IMG/VR virus record: IMGVR_UViG_3300027769_000020 | Span: 27,528 to 91,527 of that record | DNA: 64,000 nt | Origin: a virus | Direction: 5' to 3' (one strand) | Shown here: positions 55,038 to 64,000 of the stretch, piece by piece | How positions within the stretch are numbered: the stretch's first letter is position 1 | Layout of the letters: every line of letters begins with the position of its first letter | The notes under the pieces: model-generated | Told to the model about the DNA's origin: nothing | What the model saw: the letters and a program-made list of their open reading frames with translations, nothing else | Databases searched by the model: none | Made by a program: the position numbers and the translations under genes

Positions 55038-57692
55038 ATGTACTTTAAAGTAAGAATAACTAAGGGATTACCACAAGCTAAAACAGGAGGTTTTACAGGT
55101 AACAATTTAAATAAGCAAGTTATCAGTTTTGGTGGAGCTGATATGAATGCGGCATCAAGACATCTTGAGAATACTAGATACTTAAAAAAAGTACCAAGAG
55201 ATGAGGCTAATTTAGAAGCTGAAGGTGGTGAAACTGCCTTTGGTGATATCAATGGTGATGGATTCACAGAGCACATGATTATCAGTGGTAAGAGACATCA
55301 TGAAGGTGGTGTCCCATTAAACTTACCTGACGGTACATTTATCTTTAGTGATACTGCTTCTATGAAGATTACTGATTGTAATATTCTAAAAATGTTTGGT
55401 AAAAAATGTGGAACTAAAGGTTATACTCCAGCTGAGTTAGCTAAACCATATGACTTAAATAAATATAGAAAAATATTAGAAGATCCTAACTCAGATAAAA
55501 TAGATAAGAAATCTGCTGAGTTAATGATTAAAAATATTAATCTTAAACTTGGTGCATTAGCATTAGCTCAAGAAGCTAAGAAAGGTTTCCCACAAGGTAT
55601 ACCTGAAGTAGCTAGACCATACATGGAAGAGATGGGTATTAGAGAAGAAGACTTAATGCCACAAAAAGCTCAACCTGAAGCTCAAGTAAATCAACAAGCT
55701 ATGCAAAATCCATATGAAGCTCAAGGAATGCAAATGCAATCTCCTGAAGAAGAAATGATGGAGCAAGGACCTGGTATGCAGAATCCTCAAGAAGAAATGA
55801 TGGAGGCACCTATGGCTCAGTACGGTATGTCAATGGGTGGATATGGAATGCCTTTCCATGATACACAATATAGAACAGGTGGTACATTAACTAGATACCA
55901 AAAGAAAGGTGAAGTTGATGAAGAAGAAGATGATGATAAAACTACAGTGTGTACAAAAAATGGATGTTTTAAAGTTAAAAAATATACAAAAGATGACTTA
56001 CCTGCTGATGCAGTAGTTAGAGATAGAATTACTGTTGATGCACAACCAGGGGATTTTATTAAACAAGAAAATGGCTCTTATTATAAAGTTACTAAAGCTT
56101 CATTAGTTGGTAATCCAACATCTGATTCTAAGTCAAGTAAGATGACAATTGAGGAGTTTAAAAAAGAGTCTCCTGAAAATGCTAAACTTATTGATGATGC
56201 AAATGCAATTATTAAAAGAGGTATAGATAATAAAACTATTAAAACTGATGGTAAAGGTAATATTCAAATAACTAATCAGTGGAGTCCTACTGAATTAGAA
56301 AGAATACTTGTATCAAGAGCTTTAAATGTTTCTAATGCAGAAGGTAAAAAATTTGGTACAGATAAATATACTATAACAAGTCAACAGGCTACAGGTCCAT
56401 ACTCTAAATTAGTTAATGGTAAAATAAAAGGTACAGGATCATTTGTTGCTGGTTTTACACCAGACTTATATGAAAGAAGATTTATATTTGAGCAGGCTAA
56501 AGGTTTAGGTTTATCTGATGAAGAAGCTTTAGCTGAAGTAGATAGAATTCAAAAAGATGATAAAACTAAAGCACAATTAAGAAGACAATTCTTAACTACT
56601 CTTGGTGTAAAAGATATACCTAAAGAAGATAAAGATTTATTATCAGAAGACTTTTACAAAAAACGTTATAGTGATGTAACAAGTGGTATTGAAAGTACAT
56701 TAGCTGCATCTAATTATAGACCAGGTATTGGTAATGAGGGTTTATCAGGTCTTGAGCACTATGATGCATTTGGATTTAAACCAGGTTTTGATTATGAAAC
56801 TGAAGCTAAAAAAGCAAATGATAAAGCTGATACAACATCTACAGATATTACAGATGAAGAAAGTGATTATCAACCACCATACAATGTTCCACCAGCTGCA
56901 TGGAAACAAGATAAGTTAAACTTAGCTAATGCTGCTGTTGACTATTTAGGTAGAAAAAAATACTTACCATTTGCAATGCCTTATGCACCACAATTACAAA
57001 ATATTATATATGCAGATCCAACAAAAGAATTAAGTAACTTACAAGGACAAACTTATACTAATAATAATGCATTGGCACAATTTCTAGGAGCTAATGAATT
57101 ATCAGCAAGACAGTCAAGTAACTTTGGTCAAATGGCTGCACAAGCTGCAAATGTTATGAATAGATATAATGCAGGTAATGTTGATAGAACTAATGCTTTA
57201 ACAGGACGTAATACAGATATTATGAATGAAGCACAAAGATATAATCAAGGTTTAACTAAACAGTTATATGATCAAAATGTTGTAGCTAATCAAAACTATG
57301 ATAATACTGAACGTGCATTTAGACATAACTTAGTAGATGCAGAAAATACATTAACAACTAATAAATGGAAAACTGATGCATTAAATCAATTATATCCTCA
57401 GTATGCAGTTGATCCAAGAAGTGGTGGTAGAATGTATTTTACTCAAGGTAGAAAAGCAAGACCTACATCTGAAATGGATGATATTCAATATGCTGAAATG
57501 ATTAATAATAAACATTTTGCACCTGAAGTTCAAGCACAATTAATTAAAGGTAGAAACTCAAGAGCTAGTCAAAATCAATTTGGAGTTGATCCAAACATAA
57601 TGGGGCTTATGTACGGTAGTAATAAAAAAGGTGGTTCTTTAGATGCAGCATATGTAATGGGTTCTAATGTATTCCCTTTCATGTTCTATTAA
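55038..57692 (+). CDS. virion cargo protein
   Basis: EAEGGE...G.RHHEGGV...FIFSD N-terminal domain; Q/N-rich helical C-terminus; xxxGG motifs. Confidence 0.7.
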   Translation: MYFKVRITKGLPQAKTGGFTGNNLNKQVISFGGADMNAASRHLENTRYLKKVPRDEANLEAEGGETAFGDINGDGFTEHMIISGKRHHEGGVPLNLPDGTFIFSDTASMKITDCNILKMFGKKCGTKGYTPAELAKPYDLNKYRKILEDPNSDKIDKKSAELMIKNINLKLGALALAQEAKKGFPQGIPEVARPYMEEMGIREEDLMPQKAQPEAQVNQQAMQNPYEAQGMQMQSPEEEMMEQGPGMQNPQEEMMEAPMAQYGMSMGGYGMPFHDTQYRTGGTLTRYQKKGEVDEEEDDDKTTVCTKNGCFKVKKYTKDDLPADAVVRDRITVDAQPGDFIKQENGSYYKVTKASLVGNPTSDSKSSKMTIEEFKKESPENAKLIDDANAIIKRGIDNKTIKTDGKGNIQITNQWSPTELERILVSRALNVSNAEGKKFGTDKYTITSQQATGPYSKLVNGKIKGTGSFVAGFTPDLYERRFIFEQAKGLGLSDEEALAEVDRIQKDDKTKAQLRRQFLTTLGVKDIPKEDKDLLSEDFYKKRYSDVTSGIESTLAASNYRPGIGNEGLSGLEHYDAFGFKPGFDYETEAKKANDKADTTSTDITDEESDYQPPYNVPPAAWKQDKLNLANAAVDYLGRKKYLPFAMPYAPQLQNIIYADPTKELSNLQGQTYTNNNALAQFLGANELSARQSSNFGQMAAQAANVMNRYNAGNVDRTNALTGRNTDIMNEAQRYNQGLTKQLYDQNVVANQNYDNTERAFRHNLVDAENTLTTNKWKTDALNQLYPQYAVDPRSGGRMYFTQGRKARPTSEMDDIQYAEMINNKHFAPEVQAQLIKGRNSRASQNQFGVDPNIMGLMYGSNKKGGSLDAAYVMGSNVFPFMFY

Positions 57693-57757
57693 ACTTTTCA
57701 GGTTTAGTAAACTTATAAAATTTTAATATATTTACAATATAGACAAACATTAATATT

Positions 57758-60700
57758 ATGGCAACTTATCTTCAAGGAGTTACAGATTATATACCTCAGT
57801 TTCAACCCTTTCAGCCTGATTTAAACTTTTATGCAAATGCATTGCAGACAAAGCAAACTCAGTATGATTCAAATTATAAAGCATTAAACAATGTGTACGG
57901 TCAGTATTTTTATGCTGATCTTACACATGGTGATAACGTTAAGAAAAAAGATGAATTACTTAAAGCAATTGATTTTAATCTTAAACGTGTCTCAGGTTTA
58001 GATTTATCATTAGAACAAAATGTTGAGCAAGCTACTCAAGTATTCAAACCATTCTATCAAGATAAGCATCTTATGAAAGATATGGCTTGGACTAAAAATA
58101 CAAATAGTGAAAGAAACTATGCAGCTGGTTTAAAAAATGCTAGAGATGAGAAACAGAGAGCACAATATTGGGATGCAGGTATAAGAGCCATTGATTATAA
58201 AACTGAAGAATTCAAGAATGCTTCACTTGATGAAACAATGAATATTGGTAATGTAAGTTATACTCCATATGTTAATGTAATGGAGAAAGCTCAAAAGATT
58301 GCTAAGGATGCTGGTTTATCTGTTGAGACTGTAAACATGAGTCCTGATGGTAAATGGATTGTTAAAAACAAAAATGGTGAACAATTAATTCCTCAGTTAT
58401 CACATTTATTTGAAGCTACTCTTGGAGCAGATCCAGCAGTAATGGATGTATATAGTACTCAAGCATATGTAAACAGAAAAGACTATGCATATTCTAATGC
58501 TGCACAATTTGGTGGAGATCAAAATGCAGCTGAGATGAAGTATCTTTCTGAAAGTTATAATATGCTTAAAGCAGAAAATGAAGCTAGACAAGCTGAATTA
58601 GAAAAAACTAATGCTGTATATAATAAGAAAGCAAGTAAAGTAGAAAAGGCTGTTGCAGAAAATAAAGCAACACCGGATACTGCAAGTTATTTGGAAAGAT
58701 TAAATGAGGCAAGAAACATTAACTCTAAATTACTTAGTTCTACACAAGAACATGTTTCAGCATTATCAAATGATAATGGTACCGCTACTACATCTTCAGG
58801 ATTTGAAAATCCATATGGTGATATTGAATCACTAAGATGGAAAGTAGATAATGCAATGGCTTCTAAGTTAATGCAAAAAGATCTATATGAAGCAGCTAAT
58901 GTGTTTGCATATAAAGATGCTAAACAAGACATGACTGCTAATCCATATGCTGTACAAGCTGAAGCACATGCATATAGAATGCAAGAACAAGCTTTTGCTG
59001 CAGCAAATAGAGAAAAGCTATTTAAAATGAAAATAGCTAATGAAATGGATAAAGCTGCACCTGCTCAAGAAGGTTATGAATGGGATAAAGATCCTAATAG
59101 CCCAACATTTGGAAGAGCTATACCAAAAGAAGATGGTGATGAATACTTTACAGAAACAACAGCAGAAGGTTCAAGTACTGATATAGTTAACTTAAGAGAT
59201 GTATCATCTAGTCAAACTGATAGGTTTATTGATAAAAACGTTGTTCCATATTTAAAGAACATGTTAGTAACAATGCAAGACTTAAAAGGTGAGTTAGATC
59301 AAGATGATATGCAGACTATATTTGGTGATAAAAATATGACTATTGAAAAATTTAATTCTCAATTAAATTCAGACCCATATAAGTTTATAAAAGGTACACT
59401 AGGTATATCTAAGTTGAAAAAAATTACATCAGGTTTCCAAAAAGTTATAGCTCAAAACTATAACGTAGGTAATGATGCATTTACTGAAGCAGGTAATAAA
59501 ATGAAAGGTTATACAACTTCATTAGATGATTTCTACAGACATGCAAATGAATTAGAAAAATGGAAAACAGAATCTAGAGATATTGTACTTAAACATGTTG
59601 AAGAACGTGTAGATAATAACTTAAAAGGTTATGTTAGTAAGATGTTTGATGCTAATGGTAGACAACTTACTAAAGAAGAATTTGTTAAAAAGTATCCACA
59701 AGGAATGGAAATTGGCCCTTTTAATAGAGGTGAGTGGATAAAAATTGGTGGTAAAGATGTATATGCAACTAGTAAAAACATTGATAAATTAATTACTCAA
59801 GCAGGTGAAAATGAATTAAATAATGGAACATATACAGGTGAAAGTTTAATAGAATATAGAAATAGAGATAAAGATAATAATTGGTTATCCTTTACTAGGC
59901 AAACAACTGATAAATCTAAGTTAGAACCAGGTAAAGAATATTTTAAACTTGATGGTAAATACGTTGAAATTACACCATCAAATAGAAAATGGTTAGTTGA
60001 AAAAGCAGGCAAACAAAAATTATTTAATCCATTTGGCCAATTACCTTATGTTGATACAGCTAAATCATCAGGTGCAATATATGATAAACTTAAAGAAGCT
60101 ATTCATAATGGTTATACTACCGCACCAATTAAAAATACACCTCCAGGTATTGAGGCAATAGGTGATGTAAAAGATTCAGGATTAACAAATCTTAGAAGAC
60201 AATCAATTAAAGTATATACTAATATACCTGAGTCAAGAGGTGCTGCTAACTTTAATGAGATTAAAAGAAACATTAATGAAATTGGTTTTGATAATATTGA
60301 TATTGCATATGAAGGCCCTACAAAGTCTTCAAAAACATTTAATAAAAATACAGGTAGAGCATTTATTCAAGCAATATTTGATGAAGCATCTAAACCTAAA
60401 AGTATATTAAATGGATTTAAAATATCTGCACAAGCAATAGCACAGAACAATGCAAATAAAGGTGCAATTATTATTTATCCAAATGCTGAATTCTTAAAGA
60501 AATATACTTATACAATTGACAGTGAAGGTAAAAAGAAAGGTGTAGGTTTAATAAGTGAAGATGAAGCAAACTATGTATTAAACAATGGTGTATCATTAGT
60601 AACTGATAAAAAGAATTGGAATAACAGTTTATTTGAATCTACATATGTGACTCCACTTGAGGCAAGTGTTAACTACAGTAAAGAAGTAAAAATTCAAGAC

Positions 60701-60940
60701 CCTAATGATATGTCAGGTATGAACTTTATTACACTTAGTAAAGATGATATAATGGGTGGTTATAAATATGATTTTGGTTATAAAGTATGGGATCCAATAA
60801 ATAAAGTATACTCTGCTGCTGTAGTGCCAGGTAGAGGTGTTACAAGTGGTGCTGAATTAGAACAAAGAAGACAACAAGCTTTTTCTTATTGGCAACAAAC
60901 TTTAGAAATTAATAATGAAAACTTTCAAAGCAATCAGTAA
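57758..60940 (+). CDS. large ejected/cargo protein
   Basis: 1060 aa, MATYLQGVTDYIPQFQPFQPD; position among the giant genes. Confidence 0.65.
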   Translation: MATYLQGVTDYIPQFQPFQPDLNFYANALQTKQTQYDSNYKALNNVYGQYFYADLTHGDNVKKKDELLKAIDFNLKRVSGLDLSLEQNVEQATQVFKPFYQDKHLMKDMAWTKNTNSERNYAAGLKNARDEKQRAQYWDAGIRAIDYKTEEFKNASLDETMNIGNVSYTPYVNVMEKAQKIAKDAGLSVETVNMSPDGKWIVKNKNGEQLIPQLSHLFEATLGADPAVMDVYSTQAYVNRKDYAYSNAAQFGGDQNAAEMKYLSESYNMLKAENEARQAELEKTNAVYNKKASKVEKAVAENKATPDTASYLERLNEARNINSKLLSSTQEHVSALSNDNGTATTSSGFENPYGDIESLRWKVDNAMASKLMQKDLYEAANVFAYKDAKQDMTANPYAVQAEAHAYRMQEQAFAAANREKLFKMKIANEMDKAAPAQEGYEWDKDPNSPTFGRAIPKEDGDEYFTETTAEGSSTDIVNLRDVSSSQTDRFIDKNVVPYLKNMLVTMQDLKGELDQDDMQTIFGDKNMTIEKFNSQLNSDPYKFIKGTLGISKLKKITSGFQKVIAQNYNVGNDAFTEAGNKMKGYTTSLDDFYRHANELEKWKTESRDIVLKHVEERVDNNLKGYVSKMFDANGRQLTKEEFVKKYPQGMEIGPFNRGEWIKIGGKDVYATSKNIDKLITQAGENELNNGTYTGESLIEYRNRDKDNNWLSFTRQTTDKSKLEPGKEYFKLDGKYVEITPSNRKWLVEKAGKQKLFNPFGQLPYVDTAKSSGAIYDKLKEAIHNGYTTAPIKNTPPGIEAIGDVKDSGLTNLRRQSIKVYTNIPESRGAANFNEIKRNINEIGFDNIDIAYEGPTKSSKTFNKNTGRAFIQAIFDEASKPKSILNGFKISAQAIAQNNANKGAIIIYPNAEFLKKYTYTIDSEGKKKGVGLISEDEANYVLNNGVSLVTDKKNWNNSLFESTYVTPLEASVNYSKEVKIQDPNDMSGMNFITLSKDDIMGGYKYDFGYKVWDPINKVYSAAVVPGRGVTSGAELEQRRQQAFSYWQQTLEINNENFQSNQ

Positions 60941-63900
60941 TGGAAAATAATAGCTCACTAGATCCACTAGGACCAGAATTTGGTAAAGTAAATGCACCAG
61001 CAATTAACTCTAAAAGTATGTCTGCATTTGAAGGAGATTTATTAAGAGATAATAAAATTAATTTCCGTCCAGTCACACCACCATTAAGTTCAACACATCC
61101 TAATTATGAAATACAGGATAGTATTACAGGGCATGCACCAAGTATACCAAGTAGTAAAAATCCAAGAAAAAATGTTTCTGTTAAAGAAATTAAAGATGCA
61201 ATTGGTAAAAGCTTTGTCATGCAAGCAGATGCAACACATGATAAAAGTCAATATGCTAGAGTAAATGCTTATAATGCTGGACCATCCGGTAACTCTTTTT
61301 ATAAAAGATATGCAGCATATGGTCAAAAGAAATTTGATGAAGTTGGTTTTTCTCCATTAAGAAATAATGAGGCAATGTTTAATGCCAATACAACTATAGG
61401 GGATGACTTTACAAGAATGATGAAAAACTCATTTGTACCATTATTTACTAGAGGTTTTGTATCTGGCCCAAAGAGTTTAATTAAAATGATGCAAGGTGAC
61501 TTCAGTCCAGATACTGAAGATGCAAGAGCATATGAGAATGCAGCAGCTATTGGACAATCATCTAGAAAAGGTTTTGGTGCATTCTTTAATAATACTGCAA
61601 TGAGTTTTTCTTATACAGCAGGTATTATAAGTGAAGCTATTCTTGAAGAAGCTGCAGGTGCACTTCTTTCACCATTAACAGGAGGTGGTTCATTCTTTGC
61701 TGCAACTGCTAATAATGCAAGAAAAATAGGTAAACTTGGTAGTGCTACTGATTTAGCAATGGATGGATATAAAGCTGTTAATACTACACTTAAAGAAGCT
61801 AATAGTATTGATGGTGCTAGAAGAATGTGGCAAGCAGCTGAAAATATTGGTAAAAATAAAGCTTTTAAATTTTTAAATCCACTTGAGAATACATTTGATG
61901 CTGCAGTTGGAATTGGTAAAAATGCTGATAACTTAACAGGATTAGCAAGACTTGCACAAGGTACAAGTAAAACAGCTGGTGGATTATTTAGAGATATTAG
62001 AAACATAAATATGGCTTTAGCTGAAGCACGCCTTGAAGGAGGTATGACTCAGAATAAAATATATGATTCAGCATATGATGCATTCTATAAAAAAAATAAT
62101 AGAGCCCCTACAAATGAAGAGCAATATGAAATAACTAAGCTTGCAAAAGAAGCCGGTATGAATACATTAATGTGGAATACCGCAATCATCATGGCTAGTA
62201 ACAAAGTTGTTTTGCCTAATTTATTAAAATCAGGTGTATCTAAAAGTGCAATGAAATCTAAGATTGATGATGTACTTGCTATGAAAGGTGGTAAAATTAC
62301 TTTTCAAAAAGGTGTAGCTGAAGAAGGTAAAAAAGTTGCTAAAGGTACATTTGAATTTGTTGAAGACTCATTTAAAAATTCATTAAAAGGATTTAAAGCT
62401 GCTCCAATAAAAACAACTGCTAAGATAGCTGGAAGATACTTGAAAGCTAACTTAATGGAAGGTGTTCAAGAAAACTTACAGGAAACAATATCATATGCAA
62501 ATGAAAACTATTATTTAAATGCATATAAGAATAAAGAACTAGGAGCCCATTTATATAATAGAGCACAAAGTTCTTTAAGGTATGAAGGATTCACAAACCA
62601 GTTTAGTGCACAAGGTTTTGAAACTTTTGCTTCTGGTGCTTTAATGGGGTTATTCTCCGGAGGTTTAGGAGCAGTAAAATCAGGTATAGACTTTGCCTAC
62701 AATAAAACATTAAATAAAGAACAGTATAATAAATATAAAGAGTTAAGAAAAACTCATGGAGAATCTGTAGCAAAAAGACTAACAGACTTGTATGCAGATC
62801 CTAAAGAGTTCTTTAACTCAAGAATATTTAATTATGGTGTACAAAATAATGCAGTAGCAGATAGTGAAGATGCTGATACTAAACTAGCAAAGGATATTAA
62901 AAGAGAAGCATTTGCATCTCAAGTATATACTGCACTAGATACAAATACTATTAACTACTTTAAAGACCACATTGCATCATTTAAAACTACAACTCCAGAA
63001 GAGTTTGAAGAAGCATTTGGATTTGAACAGGGTACAGGAGCTAAAGAACAGATGAGAATTGATTCTATATTAGATAATATAGAGACAATGCAAAAATCAT
63101 ATGACTATGCTAAAAACAGATTCCCTAATCCAGTTGATTCAAGTCAGTATGAACAAGGTACTCCAGAATATGAGAGTGCTGCTTTATTTGAAAGAGCATG
63201 GGATAATGGTGTTAAAAACTATGTATTTAATAATGATGCATTCATAGATACAACAAAAAGAATGTCATCTATTATTGGCAGCTTTATTGAAAATCCATCA
63301 ATGCAAAACATGTCTCAAACAGATGTGAACTTAATATTTAAACCTAACAATATTGCTAAGGAAAAAATATTACTTAAAAATGAAATTGCTGGTTTAAAAG
63401 AGTCTAATGACCCTACATTAAAGGACCAGATTAGAATTAAAGAAAACAAGTTAAATGCATTAGAAAAATTCTCTGATGCATACTTTAAACGTGATGCATA
63501 TAAAAATAGAACTAATGCTAATGCTATATTAGAAGCTTATAAAAAAGAACAAGATATCAGTGAGTTATCTGAAGCTGAGAAAGAAGAAATATTAAACATT
63601 GCATTTGGTGAAAAAAATGCAGAGAATGATTATAAGAACAGAGCTGAATTAGAACTTGCATATAAAGATTTTTTAAAAGCCTCTAATGACATTGATGGTG
63701 CTTATATATTTGATACTGATGCAGATAAAGGGTTTGAAGAATTACTTGATTACTATAATCTAGATGCAGAGTCTAAACAATTAGTTACATATATTAATTT
63801 ATTACATAGTCCTCAAGGATTCATGGAACAGGTTGAGAAATCTCAAACTTGGATGAGTGATATGTATAATAACAGACATCAGTACTATACTGATATGGTT

Positions 63901-64000
63901 AATAAATACATGTCAGGTGTAGAGAATAATGAAGCATTAAATGCATTAGCAGATATGAATGTATTCATAGATTTAGATGCATTCCAAGCATACATGAGAT
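60940..64000 (+). CDS. giant virion protein, N-terminal part (truncated by window end)
   Basis: ATG overlaps the previous stop (MENNSSLDPLGPEFG...); frame appears open to 64000; Gly/Ala-rich hydrophobic segments; absent from the track because it has no stop in the window. Confidence 0.75.
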   Translation, partial: MENNSSLDPLGPEFGKVNAPAINSKSMSAFEGDLLRDNKINFRPVTPPLSSTHPNYEIQDSITGHAPSIPSSKNPRKNVSVKEIKDAIGKSFVMQADATHDKSQYARVNAYNAGPSGNSFYKRYAAYGQKKFDEVGFSPLRNNEAMFNANTTIGDDFTRMMKNSFVPLFTRGFVSGPKSLIKMMQGDFSPDTEDARAYENAAAIGQSSRKGFGAFFNNTAMSFSYTAGIISEAILEEAAGALLSPLTGGGSFFAATANNARKIGKLGSATDLAMDGYKAVNTTLKEANSIDGARRMWQAAENIGKNKAFKFLNPLENTFDAAVGIGKNADNLTGLARLAQGTSKTAGGLFRDIRNINMALAEARLEGGMTQNKIYDSAYDAFYKKNNRAPTNEEQYEITKLAKEAGMNTLMWNTAIIMASNKVVLPNLLKSGVSKSAMKSKIDDVLAMKGGKITFQKGVAEEGKKVAKGTFEFVEDSFKNSLKGFKAAPIKTTAKIAGRYLKANLMEGVQENLQETISYANENYYLNAYKNKELGAHLYNRAQSSLRYEGFTNQFSAQGFETFASGALMGLFSGGLGAVKSGIDFAYNKTLNKEQYNKYKELRKTHGESVAKRLTDLYADPKEFFNSRIFNYGVQNNAVADSEDADTKLAKDIKREAFASQVYTALDTNTINYFKDHIASFKTTTPEEFEEAFGFEQGTGAKEQMRIDSILDNIETMQKSYDYAKNRFPNPVDSSQYEQGTPEYESAALFERAWDNGVKNYVFNNDAFIDTTKRMSSIIGSFIENPSMQNMSQTDVNLIFKPNNIAKEKILLKNEIAGLKESNDPTLKDQIRIKENKLNALEKFSDAYFKRDAYKNRTNANAILEAYKKEQDISELSEAEKEEILNIAFGEKNAENDYKNRAELELAYKDFLKASNDIDGAYIFDTDADKGFEELLDYYNLDAESKQLVTYINLLHSPQGFMEQVEKSQTWMSDMYNNRHQYYTDMVNKYMSGVENNEALNALADMNVFIDLDAFQAYMR

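Larger units (their letters stand above)
1..64000. mobile_element. crAss-like (Crassvirales-type) bacteriophage genome segment, likely Bacteroidota host
   Basis: Gene order terminase-portal-scaffold-MCP-ring proteins-IHF-like-muzzle-giant cargo proteins; no bacterial housekeeping context; TAnnTTTG boxes; no SD sequences. Confidence 0.85.

Noticed and set aside
18771-60940. Stop-codon reassignment as seen in some crAss-like phages
   Set aside because: Long genes are intact under the standard code, and TAG, TGA and TAA all serve as stops at tight gene junctions
3339-62006. Minus-strand track ORFs inside plus-strand genes (e.g. 4841..5284, 28132..28455, 31431..31877, 52895..53212, 61611..62006) and short alternate-frame plus ORFs
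   Set aside because: They are shadows of long, well-formed genes and have no independent signals

Overview
AT-rich, standard-code segment of a large crAss-like (Crassvirales-type) podophage. The host is probably Bacteroidota, judging from TAnnTTTG promoter boxes and A-rich starts without Shine-Dalgarno sites. Positions 1-966 hold minus-strand 'early' cassettes (a repeated 17-nt motif, hairpins and tiny ORFs or ncRNAs). A G-rich strand-switch patch follows at about 970-1110, and everything after it is on the plus strand. In order: a Tad1-like anti-defence sponge, ThyA, a GroES-like protein, a fibre/spike cluster (4.1-13.4 kb), a lysis cassette, DNA-binding and nuclease genes, terminase, portal, scaffold-like protein, major capsid protein, a block of very basic small proteins, ring/hub/tail-fibre genes, a free-standing HNH gene, the muzzle protein and large ejected 'cargo' proteins, the last truncated by the window end. 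Four signals stand out. (1) A recurring hydrophobic-x-x-Gly-Gly motif punctuates the basic core proteins and cargo proteins; in the 1580-aa protein it delimits a zincin module, a beta-barrel-like module and the segment holding an ADP-ribosyltransferase. (2) A hairpin at 39704-39728 has a loop antisense to an AAACCAACA motif at several translation starts, and there are further promoter-terminator sRNA units. (3) The early cassettes include a 48-aa peptide ending in an SSB-like DDLPF tail. (4) An HNH gene duplicates the start of its neighbour. All functional calls come from motif recognition and synteny by eye; no searches were run.
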